From assembly GCA_951406725.2 (NCBI GenBank), contig OX597833.1:61380001-61444000 (forward strand): 64,000 bases of DNA, written 5' to 3'. Source of the stretch: Octopus vulgaris (taxonomy: Eukaryota). The notes beneath the pieces are model-generated. The model was not told the origin of the DNA, searched no databases, and was given only the letters and a program-made list of their open reading frames with translations. This document shows, piece after piece, positions 13,845-23,544 of the stretch. The first letter of the stretch is position 1; each line of letters begins with the position of its first letter. The translations under genes and the position numbers were made by a program.

Positions 13845-16800
13845 TTATGTATGTGTGGCATTGGGTCTTTTTGCCCCACCGGTGTTGGTGTGTTTACATC
13901 TCCGTAACCTAGCAGTTCAGGAAAGGAGAGTGATAGAATAAGTACCAGGTTTTCAAAGAATAAGTCCTGGGGTTGATTTGTTCAACTAAAAGGTGGTGCT
14001 CCAGCATGTCAGCAGTCAAATGACTGAAACAAGTAAAAGAGTAAAGAGTGTGTAAATATGCAAAACTCATCCCTTATGTGTGTGTATGAGTATTTAAATT
14101 TTTCTCCTTCTGTATATATATATACTAGCAGTATCACCCAGCGTTGCTCAGATTTGTAAGGGAAATAACTATATAAGCATTTTTAGAGAGTTACTTCCCT
14201 TATATAAACCGAGCAAAAAATGCATTAAAAATGCGAAAAAATGATGGTAATTTTTTTTATCATTGTAGACTCATCGTAGATGCATGCTAATACCCAGAAG
14301 GGCTCAATAGGAATCACGACTATAAGATACCCGCTTTTGGTTAAACTGCACCGCAAGATGTGGGAGTAGTTAGGAATCTAAATCAGAGGAGACAGACTCT
14401 CACACACACAACTTCAGTTTTATATATAAAGATATATATATATACATGCAGTAATCCCTCAACTATTGCAGGTGTTATGTTCCAAAACCCTTCGCAATAG
14501 GTGAAAATCCAAAGATTTGATAAATAACACTTGTCCCCTAATTTCTTCGCTCTGCCCCTACCCACTAAATTATTCAAAGCCAGAATTATTTTAAATATTT
14601 CTCAATTTCTAGGGATCAACTGATAACTTGGAACAAGATTTAAATTTTGTTCAGAAGCATGGAGTGAAATTAGGAGCCAAGGTTGTGCGAGGGGCATACA
14701 TGGACCTCGAAAGGGCTCGAGCCCTAAAACAGGGCTATGCCGACCCGGTCAATGACACATATAAGGAAACATGTTGGAGATATGAAACTAATGTAGAGAA
14801 GATGTTGAAAAAGATAGCGAAATATCCACAACATTATCGAATGATGATTGCAACACACAACGAGGAAAGTATCAAGAAATTATATAAAAAGTAGGGTTTT
14901 TTTATTTTATACATAGTTGTTGTGATTATAACTGCAGTTGCTGTTGCTGTTGTTATTGTTGTTGTTGCTGTTGCTGTTGTTGTTGCTGTTGCTATTATTA
15001 GGGATGTGCTGTGTTAAAAACACAATAAATGCCATCCAGAAGAGATGTCATCTCAGCGTGTATATATTATGTACAATACACAGATAACAATTTTAAGTTA
15101 CTACCGCCTCAGTTGTATACACCAGCTTTTTATTCAGCTCAGTGGCTATTTGCAACATCAGTGGATGTTTTATTAACTGTTTCCAATATTGGAGATGATG
15201 AATTGTTGCCTGAGAATATTGCTGACTATGAGTACACACCATTGACAAGGCTCCCCAAAAAATGAAATGCATCTGGCATTATCATTGACTGCTGTTGAGG
15301 CAAATTTCCATCTCAGATTGATATTTAATGTGTTATAATACACCTTTTCCATAGATAACTGGCCAATTGACTGTGTGTGTATACATTAAGTATGATACAT
15401 AGATTGCTGTATTAATTTAATTTAATTTTGCCTCAATTTCATATAGCAGATTTATATTGTAGAATATTATATTTACATGTGTAAATCAAAAGTATTATTT
15501 CTTATTTCCATTGATATCTTCCTTTTGTTCCAGAATTGAAGAACATGGTGTTGATAGAAGGAATGGAACTGTATTTTTTGCCCAAACCTTTGGAATGAGT
15601 GACCATATATCATTTACTTTAGGTAAGATTCCATGTAGGGTCTTAAAATAATGGTATTTTAGTTAATATTGCATGTGCATGTGTGTATGCATATATATAA
15701 ATATCATCATCCTTTAACGTCCGGTCAGGTATTTCTCCTGCAGTTGCCTTCCCAGAAATATAGCATCAGTGGTGCTTCTACCTGGCACAAAACCAAACTG
15801 CATCTCATCTAGGCTAAGTCTCTCCCTGATTAGTAGGGCTATGACCATCTCCATAACTTTCATCACCTGATCCAGCAATTTGATACCTTTGTAGTTATTT
15901 CTGTCTAAAGCATCACCTTTACCTTTGTAGCAATTGATTATGGTGCTGCCACACCAGTCATTGGAAATGACTCCTTCATGAACTACCTGATTTATGATAC
16001 GGGTGACTAGACCATCACACACCACCATATGTTTTAAGCATATCAGCAGACATTCCTGATGGGCCAGGAGCTTTCTCTGTCTTCATATCCTTAATTGCTT
16101 TTCTACCAGGGTACTTTCAATTCGGGTATCTGGTGCCTCAATTGGGTCAAACTTTGGCAGATTCTCCTCCTCCCATTCATTCTCCACATTCAGCAGTCTT
16201 TCATAATGGCATCTCCAAGTCAATTTCTTTGCAGAATCATTAAACACAAGTGCACTCTCTTCCATGCGGACATAAATATACATATTAGAAACTTTGTTGC
16301 TACGAGCATTAACAGACTTCAGGGTGCAAGGCAAGAGAGAACAAAGGTTCATTTATGAAACATAACAGCAAAGAAGAACACACATTTACTCTTTGCACAT
16401 GATTAGACTCGGAAAGTTTGTGTGGAACACACTGACCCAATTTGCTGACTTTCCCGATATCATGCAGGTATTGATGAAAGGTTGAATGACCAAATCAGAG
16501 CTTCTCTGCTAGTTCCTCAACAGTTACAATGGGATTTTGTTCCACCAGGGTTTGCAGGATGTCCATGTCAAGCTCTACAGATCTTCCAGGACAAGGCTTG
16601 TCTTCTAGGCTGCAGTTTCTAGCTTGGAATTTCTGGAACCACCATTGACACTGACTTATGCTTATTGTCCAATCCCCATATACTGCATTAATATTCCTTG
16701 CACTTTCCATTGCATTCTTGCCTTTATTGAACTCATAAAACAGAAACTTGGCGTCATTGTTGGATGTGTTGTTACTGACAGTGTTGTTGTTCTGCTTTCA

Positions 16801-16974
16801 GGAGACAGTGATGTCCTTATCTACAAAGCGCTACCGTATGGTCCTGTCAATGAAACATTAGCATACTTGGCACGTCGGTTGCAGGAGAACAAATCCGTTT
16901 TGAAAGGAGCCAGGCGTGAACAGAAACTGGTTGAGCAGTTTTTAAAGGGCCGACTTACCTTCTGGAAAAACTAA
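1155..16974 (+). CDS. PRODH2: Proline/hydroxyproline dehydrogenase, mitochondrial (PRODH2-like), copy A, 493 aa
   Basis: Exons 1155-1182, 5817-6097, 8403-8593, 9506-9635, 10064-10150, 11534-11611, 12421-12567, 14613-14890, 15534-15622, 16802-16974. All introns are GT-AG with matching phases; 1482 nt in total. Motifs YGQFVAGE, AKMTAL, DAEHTYVNPGL, TYQSYLK, KVVRGAY, ATHN, QTFGM, YKALPYG, YLARRLQEN. The basic N-terminus (MAFTNIPFRVLRYSMK) resembles a transit peptide. Confidence 0.92.
1290..1572 (-). mobile_element. tRNA-derived SINE (family A), partial
   Basis: Reverse complement of the element at 3059..3465; paralogous copy at ~23350..23720. Confidence 0.75.
1870..2310. mobile_element. Dispersed repeat (family D) with internal tgccggtggcacgtaaaaagcacc subrepeats and a (GAT)n tail, probably RTE-mobilised
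   Basis: Related copies at ~2437-2710, 19160-19540, 31955-32140, 40170-40795 and 49730-49970. Confidence 0.65.
2316..3028 (+). mobile_element. Two SINE family B copies, one interrupted by a family D insert
   Basis: gagctggcagaa..ttagca..aaatgcttagcggtattt..gagttcaaattc..gtcgactttgcctttcatcctttc. Other copies near 11155, 26300, 29834, 45800(-), 48545(-) and 61620. Confidence 0.75.
3059..3465 (+). mobile_element. Full-length tRNA-derived SINE (family A)
   Basis: Pol III A/B-box-like head (tggctgtgtgg / gggttcagtccc), central microsatellite, and tail ggcggtgctccagcatggccgcagtcaaatgactgaaac with (aagagta)n. Near-identical to 33060..33482. Confidence 0.85.
3597..4016. mobile_element. Possible old hAT-type non-autonomous element
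   Basis: Imperfect termini cagagctggattaa ... ttaatttggctgtg; AT-rich interior; only the right part is kept in copy B. Confidence 0.35.
4185..4690. repeat. 18-bp minisatellite (ctcacctgaacatctggg)n, about 28 units, with a 54-bp higher-order repeat
   Basis: Visible tandem units; accounts for the SPEHLG / RCSGEP repeat ORFs. Confidence 0.9.
5295..5650 (-). mobile_element. Dispersed repeat (family E), partial
   Basis: Reverse complement of the 3' part of 30728..31250 and 61867..62420. Confidence 0.7.
7008..8124 (+). mobile_element. Internally deleted IS630-Tc1-mariner element with a nested SINE (~7475-7690)
   Basis: TIRs TAcagggtgggtagaaagtaactagacattagaaattg / caatttctaatgcctacttacgtttcatccaccccgTA. 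PDLTPCDFYL transposase motif. Copy B has a single-TA empty site at ~27444. Confidence 0.85.
8967..9185. mobile_element. hAT-type MITE
   Basis: TIRs cagtggttttcaac / gtttgaaaagcactg, perfect 8-bp TSD ccttaggg (8959-8966 and 9186-9193); absent from copy B. Confidence 0.9.
10190..10463. mobile_element. GC-rich TG...CA insert in a (TTA)n tract, probable solo LTR
   Basis: Termini tgtagtg...gccaca; absent at the paralogous site (~30480-30560); TSD is ambiguous inside the microsatellite. Confidence 0.5.
11910..12135 (+). mobile_element. LINE 3' end fragment (CR1/L2-group-like)
   Basis: Encodes VDIFKKNIDFLLSKIPDE, followed by tail ggtagttctccagcatggccatagct. A longer paralogous copy lies at 32170..32550. 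Confidence 0.65.
12739..13180 (+). mobile_element. Solo LTR (Ty3/gypsy-like, 442 bp)
   Basis: TGTAG...CTACA inverted termini, 4-bp TSD cagg on both sides, internal AATAAA; absent from copy B. Confidence 0.85.
13596..14048 (+). mobile_element. SINE family A
   Basis: Same head and tail as 3059..3465 with a (TG)n middle. Confidence 0.8.
14125..14432 (-). mobile_element. Non-autonomous Helitron
   Basis: On the - strand it starts TC(tttatatata), ends CTAG preceded by a gagcaacgctggg hairpin, and sits between A and T with no TSD. Confidence 0.7.
15718..16265 (-). mobile_element. RTE-type LINE reverse transcriptase fragment
   Basis: YKGKGDALDRNNYKGIKLL...QFGFVPGRSTTDAIFLGRQLQEKY in ORF 15714..16028; the upstream frame is interrupted. 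Confidence 0.85.
16317..16745 (-). mobile_element. mariner transposase N-terminal (HTH) fragment
   Basis: ARNINAVYG...QWWFQKFQ..SLEDKPCPGRS; same family as 42030..43218. Confidence 0.8.
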
Positions 16975-16989
16975 TCATGCATTTAGAAA

Positions 16990-17123
<134 letters not shown>

Positions 17124-17460
17124 ACACACACACGCAAATATATTTTTTTATCTTTTATCTATTAATTGTTTCAGTTATTAGACTGTGGCCATGCTGGGGC
17201 ACTGCTCCTGAGGAATTTTAGCCGAATGAATCAACACCTGTGCTCATTTATATTTTAAACCTGGTCTTTATTCTATTGGTCACTTTTGCTAAACCTCTAA
17301 GTTAAAGGGACATAAACACACCAACACTTGTTCTCAAGCAGAAATACACACACACACACACATGAACATAAAAAATATGAGTGCTGGGATTGATTCATTC
17401 AACTAAAACTCTTTGACACAGTGCCCCAGCATGGCCACACTCCAATGCTTGAAACTAGTA

Positions 17461-17858
17461 AAAAATAAAATGTATTTGAAGAATGCGAAGGAACCATCAT
17501 TTACAAATCAAAAACACAAGCCAAAATAATCTGAGATTCTAAATCCAAAAGTTTAATGGCATCAAATTTTCAACTGAATTCTTTTTTACAAAAATTTTTT
17601 ACTTTGTATATTTTGTGAATTTATTGACAACGAAAATATAAAGAATGAAAATAAAAGACCAACAGAAAAGTAAACTTTATTGGAAATTTAGTTATGGCCC
17701 TCAGGTTATCAGCTATTTAATCTCATCACTTGATCGATCCAGCTTCGATATTGAGACACACGGGTGAATACACCTGGGGAATTTTCAGGGTGATCTTTGC
17801 TGGTGAATGATGCAACACCACCCTGCATCCAGCTATAGGGGCTCGGACAAACCAGTGG
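17461..17858 (-). pseudogene. Orphan, inactivated copy of the last exon and 3' UTR of the serine protease
   Basis: 17709-17858 matches protease exon 39700-39849 (PLVCPSP..W..FTSKDHPENSPGVFTRVSQYRSWID..MRLNS*). It lacks 18 nt (acctccgctgtcaccctg) covering GDSGG and the AG acceptor. No upstream protease exons are present. Confidence 0.9.
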
Positions 17859-18024
17859 TCAAATACAGAAATGCATAAATATAATTACGGAGATGTACTT
17901 GCATAGCAAGTGACCTGATCTGAGATCGTGTGCTGGAACGAAAACAATTGCAGCGTGGAAGGTGTTTGTAATCCATTTAAGAAACACACAAAACCGTTAG
18001 AGTCACTTCAACATTTAAATTTAA

Positions 18025-18160
18025 TTTACCAAAATATTTTCGTCGCTTTAAGACCGCGACCTGTTCACTGACAAAAATCCGTGCTGCTCAGATGCAGCAC
18101 AGATTTTTGTCAGTGAACAGGTCGCGGTCTTAAAGCGACGAAAATATTTTGACAAACTAA
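18025..18160. ncRNA. ~60-bp-arm inverted repeat carrying two head-to-head minimal hammerhead-like motifs (Penelope-like element end)
   Basis: + strand: stem I TTTGTCA/TGACAAA, core GTGAACA(G), stem II GTCGC/GCGAC, GAAA, palindromic AATATT helix III. A mirror copy lies on the - strand. Confidence 0.55.
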
Positions 18161-18238
18161 ACTTAAATCATAAATATAATATAATGTCTTAAAAGTTGAT
18201 GAACCACCTATTGATCCCCTCCATTTTCTTATTGCTCT

Positions 18239-18301
<63 letters not shown>

Positions 18302-18310
18302 CACACGCAT

Positions 18311-18353
<43 letters not shown>

Positions 18354-18832
18354 TACATGATGGCTTCCCCCTTGTTATCGAGTATGGCCATTGCACGAAG
18401 CTTAACAGTTATTGGTGCTGTGATAGAATGTGACTTTTATTTGCTTTTTAAGTCTACAGCCAGCCATTCAGTTGAGACTCACAACACTATCAACAATTGT
18501 GAACAATGTTGTTATCGTACAATGCCTGTGCAAGAAGATTTTTTTTAAAGTGAGGAAAGGCTGTGCACTGAGTCAATCCCCCACACTAAGCAACAGCAGC
18601 TATAATCCGAAAATAAGAACAAGTCAACATCATCGGTAACCACTGAGCCGCAGGTTTTATGTCAGAGTTATCCCAGTTACCTGAGTTACCTTCTCCTAGA
18701 AGGATGCCCTAACAAAGGCTAGGGGTCCTTCACTCCCAATGGTTTAACCACGCGATCGGGTATTCAGTCTGATTATTTCTATGTCCCCACACATGATACA
18801 GCCTTAAGCCTTAAGAAAAAAAAAAAAGAAAT

Positions 18833-18864
<32 letters not shown>

Positions 18865-19573
18865 TTCACACAGAGACACACACAATCTAACCATGCATAA
18901 ATAAATTCAGTTAGCTTCAGATCACACTTGTAGAAAGACCCCGAATGATGTTGCATAGCAGAATGTTGCTGGTTGCATGTGCAGCTACATATTCCAAGTG
19001 CAGCAGAAATGCATGTCGGCCATTTTAACCAATTATTTTGTATAATTTACCGTTAAAATTAAAAGAAAAATTTGAAAATGTATCAGTCTCTGTATTCATT
19101 ATAATTGTTTTGGATTTTTATCACTATCACCGTCATTATCACCATCATTATCATCATCATCATTTAATGTCCATTGTCCACGCTGGCATGGGTTGAACAA
19201 TTCGACCATGGTTGGTAAGTGGTAAGTTGAGGAGCTGCACCAGACTCCAGTCTGATTTGACATGGTTTCTATGGCAGGATGCCTTTCCTAACGCCAACCA
19301 CTCTGAGAGTGTAATGGATGCTTTTATGTATCACCAACACAAGTGCTAGTTTTGCGACACCAGCATCAACCACAATGCCTCCATGAGGCCCGCTGCTCAA
19401 AATTTGCCTTTTACATGCCACTGGCACAGTGGTACTTATGTGACACTGGCATCGGCCATATTGCCTCTGTAAAGCCCAACACTCGAAAGGCGCTTTTTAC
19501 ATGTCACCAGCATGAGTGCTTGTTACGAGGCACTGGCATATATATATATATATATATGAAATAATAATAATAA

Positions 19574-19614
<41 letters not shown>

Positions 19615-19825
19615 TTAAAGGGTAAAATTAATTAATCAATTAATAATTAATAATTTTACTAAGTAGTTCAGTATGTTAAAAGAACCATTATCGGTAACCT
19701 TATACAATAATTCTACAATTATAAGCATAAATTTAAAATTGAAATATTATATTGAAGACGGGAGTAAGTGAGTAGAAATATGATTTTACATCTTTTTACA
19801 TTTCTTTAACCCAGAAACGCATATA

Positions 19826-19839
19826 TAATAATAATAATA

Positions 19840-19870
<31 letters not shown>

Positions 19871-20920
19871 TTGTGTACAGTGCTCAGGTGCACTACAACT
19901 CATCGAAAGTGTATATATAATCAGGTGTAGTTTCGACGGATTTCGGAAAGCATGAGGGCCTTAAAGGATGCAGTGTCGTGGCAGTCAACAACTGACGCAG
20001 GCAGTTTATTCCATGCTTCAGCAACTCTGAGCGTGAAAAAATGTTTCCGAAAGTCATGGGAGCTGTGTTGTTTTCTGACTTTGTAGGCATGTCCACGTGT
20101 GTTAGACACATGGAGATCAAAAAGGTGTTCAGTGTTGTTATTGGTGAGGTGGTTGACAACTTTGTGGGTGTTTACCAAGTCCATCGCCAGACGCCGGAGC
20201 TTCAGTGAATCCATGCCCAGGGAAACAAGGCGCTCAGAATATGGTAGGTGTCTGATGGAGGGTATGCGTTTGGTTGCACGTCTCTGGACAGATTCCAGGA
20301 GGTCAATGTTCTGAGCAAGATAGGGATTCCAAACTGATGATGCGAATTCCAAGTGTGGTCGTACCATAGCTGTATACAGTTTTAAATAGATGGCTGGAGA
20401 GCGGCTAACAAAAGTCTTGCTGAGTGATGCCAAGACACCCTCGGCCTTCTTGACAATTTTAGAGATATGCTTTGTCCAACGCAAATCACTGCTGACAGTG
20501 ATGCCTAGGTCACGCTCACAAGAGGATTTCTTGATATCAGTGTTGTGGAGGGAGTATGTGGACGCAGGGTTTTTTCTCCCAAAATGCATGGTGGTACACT
20601 TGTCCACAGCCAGTTTCAGTTGCCAGTCTGTGATCCATTGCTGCATTGTGTCCAGGTCTGATTGCAGGAAAGAGCTGTAGACAACAGGATCTGTCCTCTT
20701 GATTTCAAGGTACAGCTTGATGTCGTCTGCATATTTTAATACTGTGGCATTCTTTAAATTTGCATCTATGTCATTAATGTATGCCACAAACAAGAGGGGA
20801 CCAAGGACAGATCCCTGTGGTACACCCGATGACATCTCATATGGTGTAGAATGCTGTCCTAGACCTGTGACTACCTCCTTTCGGTTGAGAATGAAGGACT
20901 TCAACCAGTTAAAAAGGTCA
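19826..20920 (-). mobile_element. 5'-truncated CR1/L2-group LINE with an intact RT C-terminal ORF and (TTA)n tail
   Basis: ORF 19921..20904: SGVPQGSVLGPLLF, YADD, ERDLGI, RPHLEFASSVWNP, FFTLRVAEAWNKLP. Short 3' UTR then an (AAT)n tract. Confidence 0.93.
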
Positions 20921-21279
20921 TGGGTGGATTCGTTATTTTTTTCTCTTTACCTGTGTGAGTTAGACTATTGCTGTCTGGGTGATATCTTATGGTAGTGGAA
21001 TAGTATTTAACTGCTATTTCTAAATTTTGGTATGTGGTGAAGCAATTTTTGCTGAACCCTAATTATAATTATGCTTATAATTATAGAATGTATATATATA
21101 TTAAGATTTCACTAAAGCACAGGAATGCTAATAACCTGGTATGCATATGATTTAGAACACAGTATAAGGTGAGTACAGAACATAATAAGGGTTTAAATAA
21201 ATGACACAGGAACAGGAATTGTGCAATAAACTTCATTGGCTTGCAGCTGTTTCTGCTACAAGACACACTTCATAGTATT

Positions 21280-21755
21280 GCTGATGGCCACTTTAATGTG
21301 GCTGTCCACTATGAGACGACAATACTGCCTTTTAACCCCCAAAGTGGCCATAAGCAAGTCTTTTTGGTTCCATATACTGCTTCTATATCGAACAGAGATT
21401 TTCTAACAGACTACTTTCCTATTTATGAGGTCTGTCATTGTATGACATTGTGCTTTCTATATATTGCAAGCGAGGTTAAACTGGTGTCATGCCTGGCAAA
21501 AAGTACCTACCACTGAGGAGATCCAATACAGATCAAAACCAAGTGCTGTTGTGGTCTTGAAGCTAGGGTGGCAGGAGTTATCTCCCGCTTGCAATAAATA
21601 TCAGGTGCAAGAAGTGCAGAAAATAAACCAGCTGGAGGAGCTGTCTTCCTGGGGTTAAAACGGCAGTGTCATCATTTAGGGGACAGTCACATTAAAGTTA
21701 CTGCAAGTAATGCTTTTTGGCTCGTATACTGCTTCTATCTTGAACAGAGATTTTC
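21280..21755 (+). mobile_element. Degenerate Penelope-like repeat with a decayed hammerhead (21513-21556)
   Basis: CTGAGGA-GATC(caataca)GATC-aAAA-CCA...TGG-TC. The downstream sequence resembles 54910..55092. Confidence 0.4.
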
Positions 21756-22629
21756 TAATGCCTGCACTGCATACATATACATACATGTAGATAGTGCAAT
21801 ACATATAAGCAGATGCAGATTGTACAGATGTAGATATATATACATACATGTAGAACATATACATTCATGTAGAACATATACATACATGTAGAACATATAC
21901 ATACATGTAGTACATATACATTCATGTAGTACATATACCTGTATTTCAAAGGGACAGCCTTGTCACATTCAGTGTCTTGCTGAATCTCCCTGAAAACTAT
22001 GTTAAGGGTAATTGTGGTGTCTTGCACCTTAATTTCACAAGCAGGATGTTCCGTTGATCAGGTTAACTGGAGGACTCTTCATCGTATGTAACAGAGTATC
22101 AATCATGTTACTAAGTAAATTAAGCTAAAATTTGCCAATGAATATGTAATTAATTTATAATTAATTAATTTACATTGACCTGGAAATTCACAAAGTGATT
22201 TGAAGGAGTAAAAAGACAACTTTGAAGACACATTAGCTTAGAGACAGAATTACATTTTCGATGTAGCTAAAAATTTTATTTAAATTTTCAAAAAATTATT
22301 TGCAACAAAGCAAAAATGAAAAAAACAGATTTTACTTGTGCATAATTTAAGACAATATTAATCAACTTAGGTCCATCTCTAATATATTCACATGATGAGA
22401 GCATATATTTTACTGACCCCAGAAGGATGTAAGTCAAAGTTGATCCTGCTGGAATCTGAACTCAGAATCTACTGAACCATGACTGATTATCATATGACAT
22501 TTTGTTCACCACTTTAGTGATTCTACAACTGACAGTTTAGACATAAAGAAATTTCATGTTTATGAATATATTTATGGTTTAAAGATATCTAACAGCTAGC
22601 ATTACCTGCAAAACAACACCAGAAGCAAG

Positions 22630-23486
22630 ATGGCCTTTACAAATATCCCTTTCAGAGGTAAGCAGTAAATCCTTTATTATATTTATTTACTGCTATTGTA
22701 TTGCTGAAAACTGGGTCTTTAGTGTCATATCTCTGTACTAACACTCAGGGCTGCTTAGTAACATTATAGTACCCTGAGAAAATCAATGCACTGGACCCAT
22801 ATTCTTTACTTATTGACAGCAAACCACAGCATACATAGATGCTGTTCAAGAATTTGGACCTGGAGATCTCCATTTCCAGCGACTTCGAGAGTCACCTCCC
22901 AGTGGTGTTGGGCGTCAACGAAGAGCCCTCGACTACAACAAGACGACCAAAGTTTGTTTTTTTTCCAAGGTCTGGGGTCTCCTGCCCCTAAGCCCTAGAC
23001 CATCACCTAATCACCCTTACCTGTCTTGTTGCTTAACAACAACAATATACATAGATTAGAACTGGGCCCCTAAACTTGTGTGGCTCCTAGGGGGATTGCT
23101 CAGTTTGTCCATCCCTTAAGATAATGCTGTTAACACCCAATAATTTTCTTTCAGCCTCCTTTAACTCTAGTCCAACCTCATAAGATAATTCGAGAGATTC
23201 TATCTCTCTTTTGCTTTTCACGTCAGGAACCTGAAGAAGATAATGCAAATGAGATTTATCAAATATCTCAAGCAAACAAACACCTGGAATGTTTATAATT
23301 GTAATTAATGAATCCTTTTTTAATTACTATTTTTTTTTACTTGCTTCAGACATTAGGCTGTAGCCTTGCTGGAGCATCACGAATTGACCCTAGTACATAG
23401 TTTTTTTGTCCATCTCTTTTATTATGGGGATGTAAACATACTAACATTGGTTATCAAGCAATGGTGGGGTCAAGCACAGACACAAA

Positions 23487-23544
<58 letters not shown>

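Noticed and set aside
15029-15265. 78-aa ORF retained in both duplicated introns (also 36006..36242)
   Set aside because: No recognisable motif, changes are mostly non-synonymous, and retention is expected for so recent a duplication.
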